NCBI GenBank assembly: GCA_963826115.1 | Contig: CAWGVS010000005.1 | Span: 1,184,001 to 1,248,000, forward strand | Direction: 5' to 3' | DNA from: an uncultured Candidatus Rokubacteria bacterium | GTDB lineage: Bacteria; Methylomirabilota; Methylomirabilia; Rokubacteriales; DASRDR01 | Length of the DNA stretch: 64,000 bases | The notes under the pieces: model-generated | What the model was told of the DNA's origin: nothing | What the model saw: only the letters and a program-made list of their open reading frames with translations | Database searches by the model: none | Position numbers and translations under genes: made by a program | Shown: piece after piece, positions 54,693 through 64,000 of the stretch | Numbering within the stretch: the stretch's first letter is position 1 | Layout: every line of letters begins with the position of its first letter

Positions 54693-55679
54693 ATGCGGAT
54701 CGGGAACGTCGAGGTGGCCGGGCTCGCGCGTCTCGCGCCCATGGCGGGCGCGACCAACGCGCCGTTCCGGCTCGTCGCGCGGGAGTGCGGGAGCGGTCTC
54801 ACGACCACCGAGGAGATGGACTCGGCGTCGGTCCTCTTCCAGACGCCGCACGCCATCTCGGCCGCCGCCTACTACCCGGCCGAGCGCCCGCTGGCGATGC
54901 AGCTCCTCGGCAAGCACCCCGAGGCGCTGGCGGACGCCGCGGCCCGCTGCGAGGCGATGGGCGCCGACGTCGTCGACCTCAACATGGGCTGCCCGGTGCC
55001 CAGGATCACCGGCAAGGGCAAGGGCGCGGCCCTCATGCGGGACGTCTCCGCCACCGCGCAGATCCTTCGCGCGATGCGGCGCGCGATCCACGTGCCGCTC
55101 ACGGTCAAGATCCGGGGCGGCTGGGACGACGCGCACCTGAACGCCGTCGAGGTCGCCACGATGGCGGAGAGCGAGGGTGTCGACGCGATCACCGTCCATC
55201 CTCGCACCCGGTCGCAGATGTTCACGGGCAAGGCGCCGTGGACGATCATCGCTGAGGTCGTCGATGCCGTGCGCATCCCCGTCACCGGGAACGGGGACGT
55301 CCGGTCGATGGCCGACGCCCGCCGGATGGTGGCCGAGACCGGGTGCCAGTCCGTCATGGTCGGCCGCGGCGCGCTCGGCCGGCCCTGGATGTTCGACGAG
55401 GCGTACGACGCCCTGCCCGCGCATGCCCAGCGCGAGTACCGGGCGCGGGTCATCGCCCGCCACGCCGCGCTGATCCGGGAGCACTGCTACGAACGGTACG
55501 CGCTGACCCAGCTCAAGAAGCACCTGTCCTGGTACACGGATGGGCTCGGCCACGCCTGCAAGTGTCGCGTGGAGATCTTCCAGGCGCGGACCGCGGACGA
55601 GGTCTGGGACGTCTTCCAGCGCTACTGGACGGGCGTCGCACGCGAGCACGCCCCCGTCCTCGAAGCCGCCACGGCGTGA
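54693..55679 (+). CDS. dusB: tRNA-dihydrouridine synthase
   Basis: LAPMAG, DLNMGCP, TVKIR.GW, VH.RT, GNGD, GRGALG.PW.F. Confidence 0.9.
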   Translation: MRIGNVEVAGLARLAPMAGATNAPFRLVARECGSGLTTTEEMDSASVLFQTPHAISAAAYYPAERPLAMQLLGKHPEALADAAARCEAMGADVVDLNMGCPVPRITGKGKGAALMRDVSATAQILRAMRRAIHVPLTVKIRGGWDDAHLNAVEVATMAESEGVDAITVHPRTRSQMFTGKAPWTIIAEVVDAVRIPVTGNGDVRSMADARRMVAETGCQSVMVGRGALGRPWMFDEAYDALPAHAQREYRARVIARHAALIREHCYERYALTQLKKHLSWYTDGLGHACKCRVEIFQARTADEVWDVFQRYWTGVAREHAPVLEAATA

Positions 55680-55712
55680 CCCGCCCGCGGCCAGATCGAT
55701 AGGAGACAGCCG

Positions 55713-57344
55713 ATGCCGCGAATGACAGGCGGGCAAGCCCTGGTGGCCTCGCTCCGTCGAGAGGGCGTGCAGGTCGTGTTCGGACTCCCGGGCGTCCAGC
55801 TCTACGGCGCGATGGCCGCCCTCCGCGACGAGCCCGCGATCCGCTTCATCGCCACGCGTCACGAGCAGGCGACCACCTACATGGCCGACGGCTACGCGCG
55901 CGCCGGCGCCGACGTGGGCGTGGCGCTGGTCGTTCCCGGTCCGGGCCTCCTGAACGCCTCGGCGGGCCTGTCGACCGCGTACTCCGCGTCGTCCCCGGTC
56001 CTCCTGGTCGCGGGTCAGATCCCCAAGAGCAAGATCGGGCAGAACGTCGGCCTCCTCCACGAGGTGAACGATCAGCTCGACGCCATCGCGCCCGTCACCA
56101 AGTGGCGGCGTCGGGTGCTCGAGGCCGCGGAAATCCCGGAGGCGGTCCGCGAGGCGATGCGCCAGCTCCGGACCGGCCGCCCGCGCCCCGTGGTGATCGA
56201 CATCCCGCCCGAGACCCTCGAGGACGAGAGCGACGTCACCCTCCTCGACCGCGCGCCCGCGGAGCGTCCGGCCGCGCCGGCCGCCGCGATCGAGCGCGCC
56301 GCGGGCGTCCTCGGCGCCGCGCGGCACCCGGTGATCGTGGCGGGCGGCGGCGTCAACCTGGCCGGCGCCCACGACGCGCTCCGCGCCGTCGCCGAGCACC
56401 TCCAGGCCGGCGTCATCATGACCGCGGAAGGCAAGGGCGCGCTGAGCGACGCGAGCGACCTCTCCCTTGGTGCCGCGCTCTGGCCGGGCTCGCCGGTCCG
56501 GCTTCACCTCGACCGGGCCGACGTGGTCCTCGCCGTCGGGACGCGGATGGCCACCGTCGCCCTCCAGCCGGCCCAGCAGGTGATCCAGATCGACGTGGAC
56601 CCCGACGAGATCGGCCGCAACCACGCCCGCACCGACGGCCTGGTCGGCGACGCACGGGCGACGCTCGAGCGTCTCGCCGCGAGTCTCCGGGCGCTCGGCC
56701 CGGCCCGGCCCTCGCGACGCGAGGAGCGCGAGGCGGTCCGCGCGGCGACGATCGCCGCCGACGACCAGGAGCCCCAGGCCTCGATCCAGCGGAGCCTCCG
56801 CGCGGGCACACCGTCCGGCGCCATCCTGGTCGGCGACATGACCCAGATCGGCTACCACTCGCGGCCCTTCTGGCCCGTCTACGAGCCGCGGACCTACCTG
56901 ACGTCCTCGTACTCGGGGAATCTCGGGTACGGCTTCCCCACCGCGCTCGGCGCCAAGGTGGCGCGTCCGGACCGACCCGTGCTCGCGGTATGCGGGGACG
57001 GCGGCTTTCTCTTCAACAGCCAGGAGCTGTCGACGGCCGTCCGCTACAACATCGCGGTGGTGGTCGTCGTGTTCAACGACGACGCGTACGGCAACGTCGC
57101 CCGGGACCTCGACGAGGCGTGGGGCGGCACCATCGGCGCGGACCTGTCGAATCCCGACTTCGTGCGGCTCGCGGAAGCGTACGGCATCACGGCCTTCCGC
57201 GCCAAGGAGCCGACCGAGGTCGGCGACCTCGTCCGGGAGGCCTTCACGCTCGACCGCCCCGTGCTGATCGAGGTCCCCGTGGGGCGGATGCCGCGGCCTC
57301 GCTTCTTCATGCCCCGGCGCGCGCCAAAGCGGCTGGACCGCTAG
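55713..57344 (+). CDS. Thiamine pyrophosphate-binding enzyme (acetolactate synthase-like)
   Basis: VFGLPG, RHEQ, PGPG, LGYGFP.ALG, GDGG...N. Confidence 0.9.
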   Translation: MPRMTGGQALVASLRREGVQVVFGLPGVQLYGAMAALRDEPAIRFIATRHEQATTYMADGYARAGADVGVALVVPGPGLLNASAGLSTAYSASSPVLLVAGQIPKSKIGQNVGLLHEVNDQLDAIAPVTKWRRRVLEAAEIPEAVREAMRQLRTGRPRPVVIDIPPETLEDESDVTLLDRAPAERPAAPAAAIERAAGVLGAARHPVIVAGGGVNLAGAHDALRAVAEHLQAGVIMTAEGKGALSDASDLSLGAALWPGSPVRLHLDRADVVLAVGTRMATVALQPAQQVIQIDVDPDEIGRNHARTDGLVGDARATLERLAASLRALGPARPSRREEREAVRAATIAADDQEPQASIQRSLRAGTPSGAILVGDMTQIGYHSRPFWPVYEPRTYLTSSYSGNLGYGFPTALGAKVARPDRPVLAVCGDGGFLFNSQELSTAVRYNIAVVVVVFNDDAYGNVARDLDEAWGGTIGADLSNPDFVRLAEAYGITAFRAKEPTEVGDLVREAFTLDRPVLIEVPVGRMPRPRFFMPRRAPKRLDR

Positions 57345-57397
57345 GGCGCCCGCCGATCCCCGATGGCCATCGTCGACGGTGGATAGAGGGAGTCGCC

Positions 57398-58348
57398 ATG
57401 TGCGGCATCGCCGGCTTCTTCGATAAGACCGCGGCGGCCGACGCCCCGGCCGGCGCGACGCTCCTCCGTATGCTGACCGCGCTCGCCTGTCGGGGCCCGG
57501 ACTCTGCCGGCATCGCGCTCTGGGGGCGCAACGACGACGGCCTGGTCGTGCGCGTGAAGCTCGGGGACCAGGGCGACCTCGTGGCTCGCCGGCAGGAGGT
57601 GCTCCGCCGGGCCCGGCGCGCGACGCGCGTCCTCCGCGCCACCACGCAGGGGGCCCTCCTCCGTCTCGTGGTGGCGAAGGCCGAGCCGGCGGAGCTGGCC
57701 GCCGCCATCGAGAGCGTGGCGCCGGACGTCGAGGTCGTGAGCATGGGCGAGCGCCTCGAGATCGTGAAGCAGGTCGGCGCGCCGGCCGACCTCGACGCGG
57801 CGTTCGCCGTGTCGACCTGGACGGGCACGCACGGCCTCGGGCACACGCGTCTGTCGACCGAGAGCAAGGTCGACCTCTCCCACTCTCAGCCGTTCTGGGC
57901 CCACGGGACGCCCGACCTCGCGGTCGTCCACAACGGCCACATCTGCAACTACCACCGGCTCCGCCGGATCTACGAGCAGGAAGGCGTCCGCTTCTACACG
58001 GAGAACGACTCCGAGATCATCGGGCTCTATCTCGCTCGGCAGCTCGCCGCGGGACGGACGCTCCGCGAGGCCCTCCAGGCCTCGGTCCGCGACCTGGACG
58101 GGAGCTTCAGCTATCTGGCCGCGACCGGCGACGCGTTTGGCTTCGCGAAGGACCCCTTCAGCCTGAAACCGCTCATCGTCGCGGAGAGCGCCGGGACCGT
58201 GGTCATCGCCAACGAGGAGGTCGCCATCCAGGCCGCGCTCCGCGGCGACTACCGGGCGCGCGAGGCGCCGGCCGGCAGCACCGGCCTGTGGGAGGTCGGC
58301 GCCCGGACCCCGGCGCGCCGCGTCCGGCGCGTGCGGCGGGCGGCCTGA
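57398..58348 (+). CDS. mgsA: N-methylglutamate synthase subunit A (class II glutamine amidotransferase, GlxB)
   Basis: MCGIAG N-terminal Cys, RGPDSAG, GHTRLSTES, HNG, NDSE; operon context. Confidence 0.85.
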   Translation: MCGIAGFFDKTAAADAPAGATLLRMLTALACRGPDSAGIALWGRNDDGLVVRVKLGDQGDLVARRQEVLRRARRATRVLRATTQGALLRLVVAKAEPAELAAAIESVAPDVEVVSMGERLEIVKQVGAPADLDAAFAVSTWTGTHGLGHTRLSTESKVDLSHSQPFWAHGTPDLAVVHNGHICNYHRLRRIYEQEGVRFYTENDSEIIGLYLARQLAAGRTLREALQASVRDLDGSFSYLAATGDAFGFAKDPFSLKPLIVAESAGTVVIANEEVAIQAALRGDYRAREAPAGSTGLWEVGARTPARRVRRVRRAA

Positions 58349-58350
58349 CC

Positions 58351-59040
58351 GTGCCGGCAATCGACTGCGAGCCCCTCTCGATCCGCCAGATCAACGAGTC
58401 GATCCGCCGGCTGATCGACGCCGGCGAGCGGGACATCGTGCTGCGGAACCCCGGGGCGCGGCACAACCTGGCCGTGGCGGTCCTGACCGACGTCGCCATC
58501 ACCATCGACGGGCCGGTCGGCTACTACGCGGGCGGGATGAGCGACGGCGTCCGGCTCACCATCCACGGGTCGGCCGGCTGGGGCGTCGCCGAGTGCCTGA
58601 TGTCGGGCACCGTGGTCGTGGACGGCAATGCCGGAAACGGCGCCGCCGCCTCGATCCGCGGCGGGACCGTCGTGGTGCGGGGCGACGCGGCCGCGCGGGC
58701 CGGCGTCTCGATGAAGGGCGGCCTCCTCATCATCGGTGGCAGCTGCGGCTACATGACCGGCTTCATGATGCAGCGCGGCCGGATCATCGTCTGTGGCGAC
58801 GGCGGTGACGCGCTCGCCGACTCCATGTACGAGGGTGTGGTGTACGTGGGCGGCGAGATCGCCGCGCTCGGCAGCGACACGGTGGTGTCGGAAGCGAGCC
58901 CGGTAGAACTGGCGGAGATCCGCGCCGCGCTGGCTCAGCACGGCGTCGCCGGACCGCTCGCCTTCCGCAAGGTCGTGTCGGGGCGAAAGCTCTGGAACTA
59001 CGACAAGAAGGACATGGAGACATGGAAGGCGGCGTTCTGA
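58351..59040 (+). CDS. mgsB: N-methylglutamate synthase subunit B (GXGXG domain, GlxC)
   Basis: Repeated GxxG beta-helix motifs, GYYAGGM, DSMYEG, RKLWNY. Confidence 0.85.
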   Translation: MPAIDCEPLSIRQINESIRRLIDAGERDIVLRNPGARHNLAVAVLTDVAITIDGPVGYYAGGMSDGVRLTIHGSAGWGVAECLMSGTVVVDGNAGNGAAASIRGGTVVVRGDAAARAGVSMKGGLLIIGGSCGYMTGFMMQRGRIIVCGDGGDALADSMYEGVVYVGGEIAALGSDTVVSEASPVELAEIRAALAQHGVAGPLAFRKVVSGRKLWNYDKKDMETWKAAF

Positions 59041-60356
59041 GACCGCTGCGCCCGAGCATGGTGTACCGGCCCGACGTGATGGAGGACATCCACATCAAGG
59101 CGGAGCTCGGCCGATACCGGTTCCGCGGGTTCGGCACGCTCAGGCCCCGCCCCCTCCCGAGCTTCGACGATCTGACCTTCATCCCGTGCTCCCTCACCCG
59201 AATCCCGCTCGAGGGGTACCGGGAGCGGTGCCGTACCACGACGCTCCTCGGAACCCGCCATGCGAAGCGGCCAATCGAGCTCGAGACGCCGGTCATGATC
59301 ACCGGGATGAGCTGGGGCGCGCTCTCCTACAACGCCAAGGTCGCCCTCGCCCAGGGCGCGCGGCGGGCGGGCAGCTCCACGACCACCGGCGACGGCGGGA
59401 TGCTCCCCGCCGAGCGCGAGCACTCGCGCGTCCTCGTGTACGAGGTCCTGCCGAGCCGCTACGGCATGAACGTCCACCACCTCCGGTCGGCGGACGGCAT
59501 CGAGCTGACGGTGGGCCAGGGCGCGAAGCCCGGCACCGGGGGGATGCTCCTCGGCTCGAAGATCTCCGCCGAGATCGCCGCGGCGCGCGAACTGCCGCCC
59601 GGCGTGGACCAGCGAAGCCCGGCGCGTCACCCCGACTGGCTCGGCCCCGACGACATGATCATCAAGATCGAGGAGCTACGCGAGGCGACCGACTGGCAGG
59701 TCCCGATCTTCGTGAAGATGGGCGCGACGCGCGTCTACGACGACGTCAAGCTGGCCGCCAAGGCGGGCGCCGACGTCGTGGTGGTCGACGGCATGGAAGG
59801 CGGGACGGCAGCGTCGCCGGACATCCTCCAGGACCACACGGGCATCCCCACCCTCGCCGCCGTCTGCGAGGCGCGCCAGGCGCTCCAGGACATGGGGCTC
59901 TACGGCCAGGTCCAGCTGATCATCGCCGGCGGGATCCGATCGGGCGCGGACGCCGCCAAGGCGCTCGCCCTCGGCGCCGACGCCGTCTACATCGGGACCG
60001 CGGCGCTCATCGCGCTCAACTGCAACAAGCCCATCTACGTCGAGGACTACGAGGCGCTGGGGACCGAGCCCTACGCGTGCCACCACTGCCACACCGGGCG
60101 CTGTCCGGTGGGGATCACCACCCAGGATCCCGAGCTCATGAAGCGCCTGCCCATCCCCGAGGCCGCCGAGCGGGTGGCGAACTTCATCCACGCGATGACG
60201 CTCGAGATCCAGATGCTCGCCCGGGCGTGCGGCAAGGCCGACGTCCACGACCTCGAGCCGGAAGACCTCCGCGCGCTGACGCTGGAGTCGTCGGCGATCA
60301 CCGGTCTGCCGCTCGTCGGCACGCGCTGGGTGCCCGGCCGGGGCCGGGAGCTCTAG
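59022..60356 (+). CDS. mgsC: N-methylglutamate synthase subunit C (FMN-binding glutamate synthase domain, GlxD)
   Basis: MSWGALS, TTGDGG, GQGAKPG.GG, SPARHPD, DGMEGGT, CHHCHTGRCPVG. Confidence 0.88.
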   Translation: MEGGVLRPLRPSMVYRPDVMEDIHIKAELGRYRFRGFGTLRPRPLPSFDDLTFIPCSLTRIPLEGYRERCRTTTLLGTRHAKRPIELETPVMITGMSWGALSYNAKVALAQGARRAGSSTTTGDGGMLPAEREHSRVLVYEVLPSRYGMNVHHLRSADGIELTVGQGAKPGTGGMLLGSKISAEIAAARELPPGVDQRSPARHPDWLGPDDMIIKIEELREATDWQVPIFVKMGATRVYDDVKLAAKAGADVVVVDGMEGGTAASPDILQDHTGIPTLAAVCEARQALQDMGLYGQVQLIIAGGIRSGADAAKALALGADAVYIGTAALIALNCNKPIYVEDYEALGTEPYACHHCHTGRCPVGITTQDPELMKRLPIPEAAERVANFIHAMTLEIQMLARACGKADVHDLEPEDLRALTLESSAITGLPLVGTRWVPGRGREL

Positions 60357-60451
60357 CCCTCCGCTCGCCGATGCCCGGGAGCCGCCGCGACCGGCCGTCC
60401 AGTCAGGCGCGCGCCGCGCAAGCCGTTCCTCGCCGTCCCAAGGAGCCGCGG

Positions 60452-61813
60452 ATGACCCCGGACCAGGTTCGATCGAGACTCCGGCAGGACAAGGTCGACT
60501 ACCTTCTCGCCCAGTTCGTGGACATCCACGGCACCCCGCGGTGCAAGGGCGTACCGGCCCGCGCCCTCGATCTGTTCCTCGGGGGCTCGGCGGGGTTCGC
60601 GGGCGCCGCGGTGGCGGGCATGGGCCAGGGCCCGCACGACCACGACATGATCGCGATTCCGGACCTCGACTCCTACACGCCGGTGCCGTGGGAGACCGGC
60701 GTGGCCCGTTTCGCGTGCGACATCACGGTGGACGGCCAGCCCTGGCCGTACTGTCCCCGGACCGCCCTCCGGGGCATGACCGCCCAGCTCCTCAAGGCCG
60801 GATTCGTCATGATGGTCGGCGCCGAGGCCGAGCATTTTCTGGTGCGGCGGCAGGCGGACGGCAGCATCGTCCCCTTCGACCCGGACGGCGTCGACACGCT
60901 CGACAAGCCCTGCTACGACTTCAAGAGCCTGGCCGGCTCGATGGGGTACCTCCGCACGCTCCTGACGTATCTCGACCAGCTCGGCTGGGAGCCGTACGCC
61001 TCCGACCACGAGGACGGCACGGCGCAGTACGAGATCAACTGGAAGTACTCGGACGCCCTGACGACCGCGGACCGCCTCACGTTCTTCAAGATGATGACGA
61101 GCCAGGTCGCCAAAAGCGTCGGCGCGATCGCCACCCACATGCCGAAGCCGTTCGGACACCTCACTGGCTCCGGCACCCACTTCCACATCTCGCTCTGGGA
61201 CCCTGCCAAGCGCCGGAACCTGTTCGTCGACGAGAAGGACCGCCGCGGCCTCGGGCTGTCCCGCCTGGCCTACCAGTTCCTCGGCGGCGTGATGGCGCAC
61301 GCGCCGGCCCTCACCGCCGTCGTCGCTCCCACGGTGAACGACTACAAGCGCCTTTCGGTGGGCGAGTTCCTCACCGGGGTCACCTCCGGCTTCACCTGGA
61401 CCCCCGCGTTCATCAGCTACGGCGACAACAACCGCACCCAGATGTTCCGGGTGCCCGAACCCGGACGGTTCGAATGCCGGCTCGTCTCCGGCTCCGTCAA
61501 TCCGTACCTCGGCATGGCCGCCTTCATCGCGGCCGGCCTCGACGGCGTCCGCCGGAAGCTCGACCCCGGCGAGCCGAACGTGCGGAAGAACATGTACCGA
61601 CTGACCCTCGACGACATGAAGGGCGGGAAGATCGGGGTCATCCCCCAGAGCCTGGCCGAGGCGATCTCGTGCTTCGAGGCGGATCCCGTCGTCCAGAGCG
61701 CCTTCGGCCCCGAGCTCGCCGCCGAGTTCGTGAAGGTGAAGCGTCAGGAGTGGGTCCGGTACCACAACACCGTGAGCCGCTGGGAGCTCGACCGGTACCT
61801 GACGCTGTTCTGA
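60452..61813 (+). CDS. gmaS: Type III glutamate-ammonia ligase / gamma-glutamylmethylamide synthetase (GlnT/GmaS)
   Basis: AQFVDIHG, GFAG, DKPCYD, DHED..QYEIN, MPKPF, NNRT; adjacent to mgsABC. Confidence 0.85.
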   Translation: MTPDQVRSRLRQDKVDYLLAQFVDIHGTPRCKGVPARALDLFLGGSAGFAGAAVAGMGQGPHDHDMIAIPDLDSYTPVPWETGVARFACDITVDGQPWPYCPRTALRGMTAQLLKAGFVMMVGAEAEHFLVRRQADGSIVPFDPDGVDTLDKPCYDFKSLAGSMGYLRTLLTYLDQLGWEPYASDHEDGTAQYEINWKYSDALTTADRLTFFKMMTSQVAKSVGAIATHMPKPFGHLTGSGTHFHISLWDPAKRRNLFVDEKDRRGLGLSRLAYQFLGGVMAHAPALTAVVAPTVNDYKRLSVGEFLTGVTSGFTWTPAFISYGDNNRTQMFRVPEPGRFECRLVSGSVNPYLGMAAFIAAGLDGVRRKLDPGEPNVRKNMYRLTLDDMKGGKIGVIPQSLAEAISCFEADPVVQSAFGPELAAEFVKVKRQEWVRYHNTVSRWELDRYLTLF

Positions 61814-61863
61814 GCGCGTCGCCTCACCGGGAGGGCCGCGTCCAGCCGGGAGCCCGGACCACG

Positions 61864-62619
61864 ATGAGCGATCCGTCCGCCGGCGGCCTCCGGGTCCGCT
61901 TTCTGGGATCCGGCGACGCGTTCGGGAGCGGAGGCCGCCTCCAGACCTGCCTCTGCCTCGACGGCCCGAGCGGGCGCGTCCTGATCGACTGCGGCGCGAC
62001 GGCGCTCGTCGCGCTGAAGCGCGCCGGCATCGATCCGGGCTCGGTCGCCGCCGTCCTGGTGACCCACCTCCACGGCGACCACTTCGGCGGGATCCCGTTC
62101 CTCGTGCTGGACGGCCAGTTCAACCGACGGGAGGACCCGCTCACCGTCGCCGGACCGCCGGGCACACATGAGCGCCTGACGGCGGCGATGGAGATCCTGT
62201 TCCCGGGCTCGACCGGGGCGCCGCGCCGGTTCCGCACCGAGGTCGTCGAGCTCGTCCCCGGGGGCCCCAAGACGGTCGGCCCGGTGACGGTGACGGCATT
62301 CCCGGTGGAGCACCCGAGCGGCGCGCCGGCCTACGCGCTCCGCGTGGAGTGGGCGGGCCGCACCGTCGTCTACTCGGGGGACACCGAGTGGTGCGAGGGC
62401 CTGGTGGAAGCCGCCCGCGACGCCGATCTCTTCGTCTGCGAGGCCTACACGTTCGAGCGGCGCATCCCGTACCACCTCGACCACGCGACGCTGGCCCGGA
62501 ACCTCGGTCGCATCCGCGCCCGCCGCGTCATCCTGACCCACCTCGGCCCCGAGATGCTGGCCCGCCGGCGCGAGGCCGCGGCCGAGTGCGCGGACGATGG
62601 GCTCGTGGTGGACGTCTAG
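61864..62619 (+). CDS. MBL-fold metallo-hydrolase (RNase Z/BN-like)
   Basis: LGSGDAFGSGGR, IDCG, THLHGDH, YSGDT, HL, LTH. Confidence 0.88.
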   Translation: MSDPSAGGLRVRFLGSGDAFGSGGRLQTCLCLDGPSGRVLIDCGATALVALKRAGIDPGSVAAVLVTHLHGDHFGGIPFLVLDGQFNRREDPLTVAGPPGTHERLTAAMEILFPGSTGAPRRFRTEVVELVPGGPKTVGPVTVTAFPVEHPSGAPAYALRVEWAGRTVVYSGDTEWCEGLVEAARDADLFVCEAYTFERRIPYHLDHATLARNLGRIRARRVILTHLGPEMLARRREAAAECADDGLVVDV

Positions 62620-62632
62620 CGAGCGGGCGCGA

Positions 62633-63391
62633 TCACCTCCGCTCGGTGAACCTCCGGACCCGCTCGGCCGCCTCGTCGCGCGCGAACGCCGCCTCGGTGA
62701 TCTCGCCCTCCAATCGGAGCGCGCGCTCGACCCGGTCGTCGAGGCCCTGGAGGAGCAGCCGCTTCAGCTGACCGACGGAGTAGCGGGACTTGTCCGCGAC
62801 CTTGCCCGCGATCTCCAGGGCCTTCGGGAGCATCGCGTCGCGCGGTACCACCCAGCCGACGAGGCCCAGCGCCTCCAGGTCCCGCGCGGAATGCCGCTCG
62901 CCGAGCACCATGAGCCGCATGGCGCGCTGGTAGCCGACCGCCTGGGGCAAGAGGTGCGTGACGGCGCCGGTCACGAACTGTGCCCACTCCATCTCCGGGA
63001 AGAACGCCACCAGGTCGTCGGCGGCGACCACCAGGTCGCAGTTGCAGAGCCACTCGAAGCCACCGCCGACCGCGTACCCGTGAATGGCGCCCACGACGAC
63101 CTTGTCGGAGAGCATCATCGCCCGGGTGACCGCCTGGATGCCCTCGACGTGGTCCCGGATGGACGCGGCGGTCGCCGACTGCTCGCCGAACTCCTTCAGG
63201 TCGTCGCCGGCGCAGAAGGCCCGCCCCGCGCCGGTGAACACGATGACCGCGACCTCGGGGTCGGCGGCGGCCTGGCGGAACGCGGTCTCGGTGTCGCGGG
63301 TCAGGGCGCGGCTCATGGCGTTCAGCCGCTCCGGGCGATTGAGGGTCACGACGCCGATCGGGCCACGGCGCTCCAGCGTGACGAAGGCCAT
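62633..63391 (-). CDS. Enoyl-CoA hydratase/isomerase family protein
   Basis: LNRPERLNA, FCAGDD, GGGFE, FPE. Confidence 0.9.
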   Translation of the reverse strand: MAFVTLERRGPIGVVTLNRPERLNAMSRALTRDTETAFRQAAADPEVAVIVFTGAGRAFCAGDDLKEFGEQSATAASIRDHVEGIQAVTRAMMLSDKVVVGAIHGYAVGGGFEWLCNCDLVVAADDLVAFFPEMEWAQFVTGAVTHLLPQAVGYQRAMRLMVLGERHSARDLEALGLVGWVVPRDAMLPKALEIAGKVADKSRYSVGQLKRLLLQGLDDRVERALRLEGEITEAAFARDEAAERVRRFTERR

Positions 63392-63394
63392 CGC

Positions 63395-64000
63395 TCACTC
63401 CCTCTCCACCAGCCGGGTCTTCCCCTCGGTGCGGGGCAGCGCCTCGAAGGGCAACATGGTCACCAGGGCGCTGGCGCCGATGGCCGCGCGGAGGCGGCGC
63501 TCCAGCTCGGCGGCGGCCGCCGGCCATCGCTCGGTCGGCACGCCGCGGGCGGCCTCCACCCGGAGCGCGATGCGGTCGTAGGGCCCGGGACCCGAAAGCA
63601 CGATGCGGAACTGGCCGGAGGCGATGTCCTCGGCCTCCGCCACCACGCGGTGCACCGCGGTCGGAAACACGTTGACGCCGCGCACGTTGAACATGTCGTC
63701 GGTACGGCCGGTCACCCGGAAGCGCCACGTCGCGCGCCCGCAGTCGCACGCTCCGGTCGCGGTGACCGTGAGCACGTCGCGCGTCCGGTAGCGGACCAGC
63801 GGCTGACACTCCTTGGCGAGATGGGTGCAGACCAGCTCGCCCGCGGTGCCCTCGCGGATCGGCAGCCGCTCCCCCGACGCGGGGTCCAGGAGCTCGACGA
63901 ACACGCCGTCGCCTGCATGGAGGTGGAGGTCCGTCGTGTGCTCGCACTGCCCCCCGAGGATCGACATCACTTCGGACAGGCCGAAGTTCGCGTTGCGGAC
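63395..64000 (-). CDS. Phenylacetate-CoA ligase (PaaK)-family protein, 5' end outside the window
   Basis: NFGLSE, GELV.T, PLVRYRTRD, C.CGR, GRTDDM..VRGVNVFP, GKTRLV. Confidence 0.85.
   Translation of the reverse strand, partial: VRNANFGLSEVMSILGGQCEHTTDLHLHAGDGVFVELLDPASGERLPIREGTAGELVCTHLAKECQPLVRYRTRDVLTVTATGACDCGRATWRFRVTGRTDDMFNVRGVNVFPTAVHRVVAEAEDIASGQFRIVLSGPGPYDRIALRVEAARGVPTERWPAAAAELERRLRAAIGASALVTMLPFEALPRTEGKTRLVERE

Noticed and set aside
57398-60356. Fragmented gltB pseudogene
   Set aside because: Three intact, closely spaced genes with their own starts, in GATase-GXGXG-FMN order next to a type III GS, match mgsABC/glxBCD.
1-64000. CRISPR array, tRNA/rRNA, IS elements
   Set aside because: No regularly spaced repeats, cloverleaf or rRNA signatures, transposase or terminal inverted repeats were seen by eye. 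Intergenic gaps are short (under about 360 bp). A covariance-model scan would be needed to exclude small RNAs.

Overview
Very GC-rich (about 70%+ by eye), gene-dense bacterial chromosomal segment with about 52 protein-coding loci. No rRNA, tRNA, CRISPR array or mobile element is recognisable. Gene content (three Dpp/Opp ABC importers, a zinc-ribbon/cyclase/AAA/TPR protein, N-methylglutamate genes) suggests a soil or sediment organism such as Ca. Rokubacteria/Methylomirabilota; this is inference only. Main blocks: (1) a tusA-iscS-like-HAD-copD-like operon in which IscS has Asp in place of the PLP lysine and TusA has Trp in place of the persulfide Cys, divergent from an excisionase-HTH/receiver regulator; (2) citrate synthase-aconitase-prpF; (3) a complete Opp ABC system with a MetE-C-terminal-like Zn enzyme and a Zn dehydrogenase; (4) DUF4242, a STAND-type class III cyclase and mpg; (5) a GcvT-family flavoprotein divergent from an ATPase-less Dpp system and an HdeD-metallophosphoesterase fusion; (6) an oxidoreductase-kynureninase operon with an M29 peptidase homolog lacking most metal ligands; (7) moaA, a second ATPase-less Dpp system with GNAT and racemase, an HtrA protease, GT39, dusB; (8) mgsABC-gmaS methylamine genes. 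Three genes carry single frameshifts (possible assembly errors). At least six genes look leaderless, with a -10 hexamer 7-10 nt before the start codon. All calls come from motif recognition by eye; no database searches were run.
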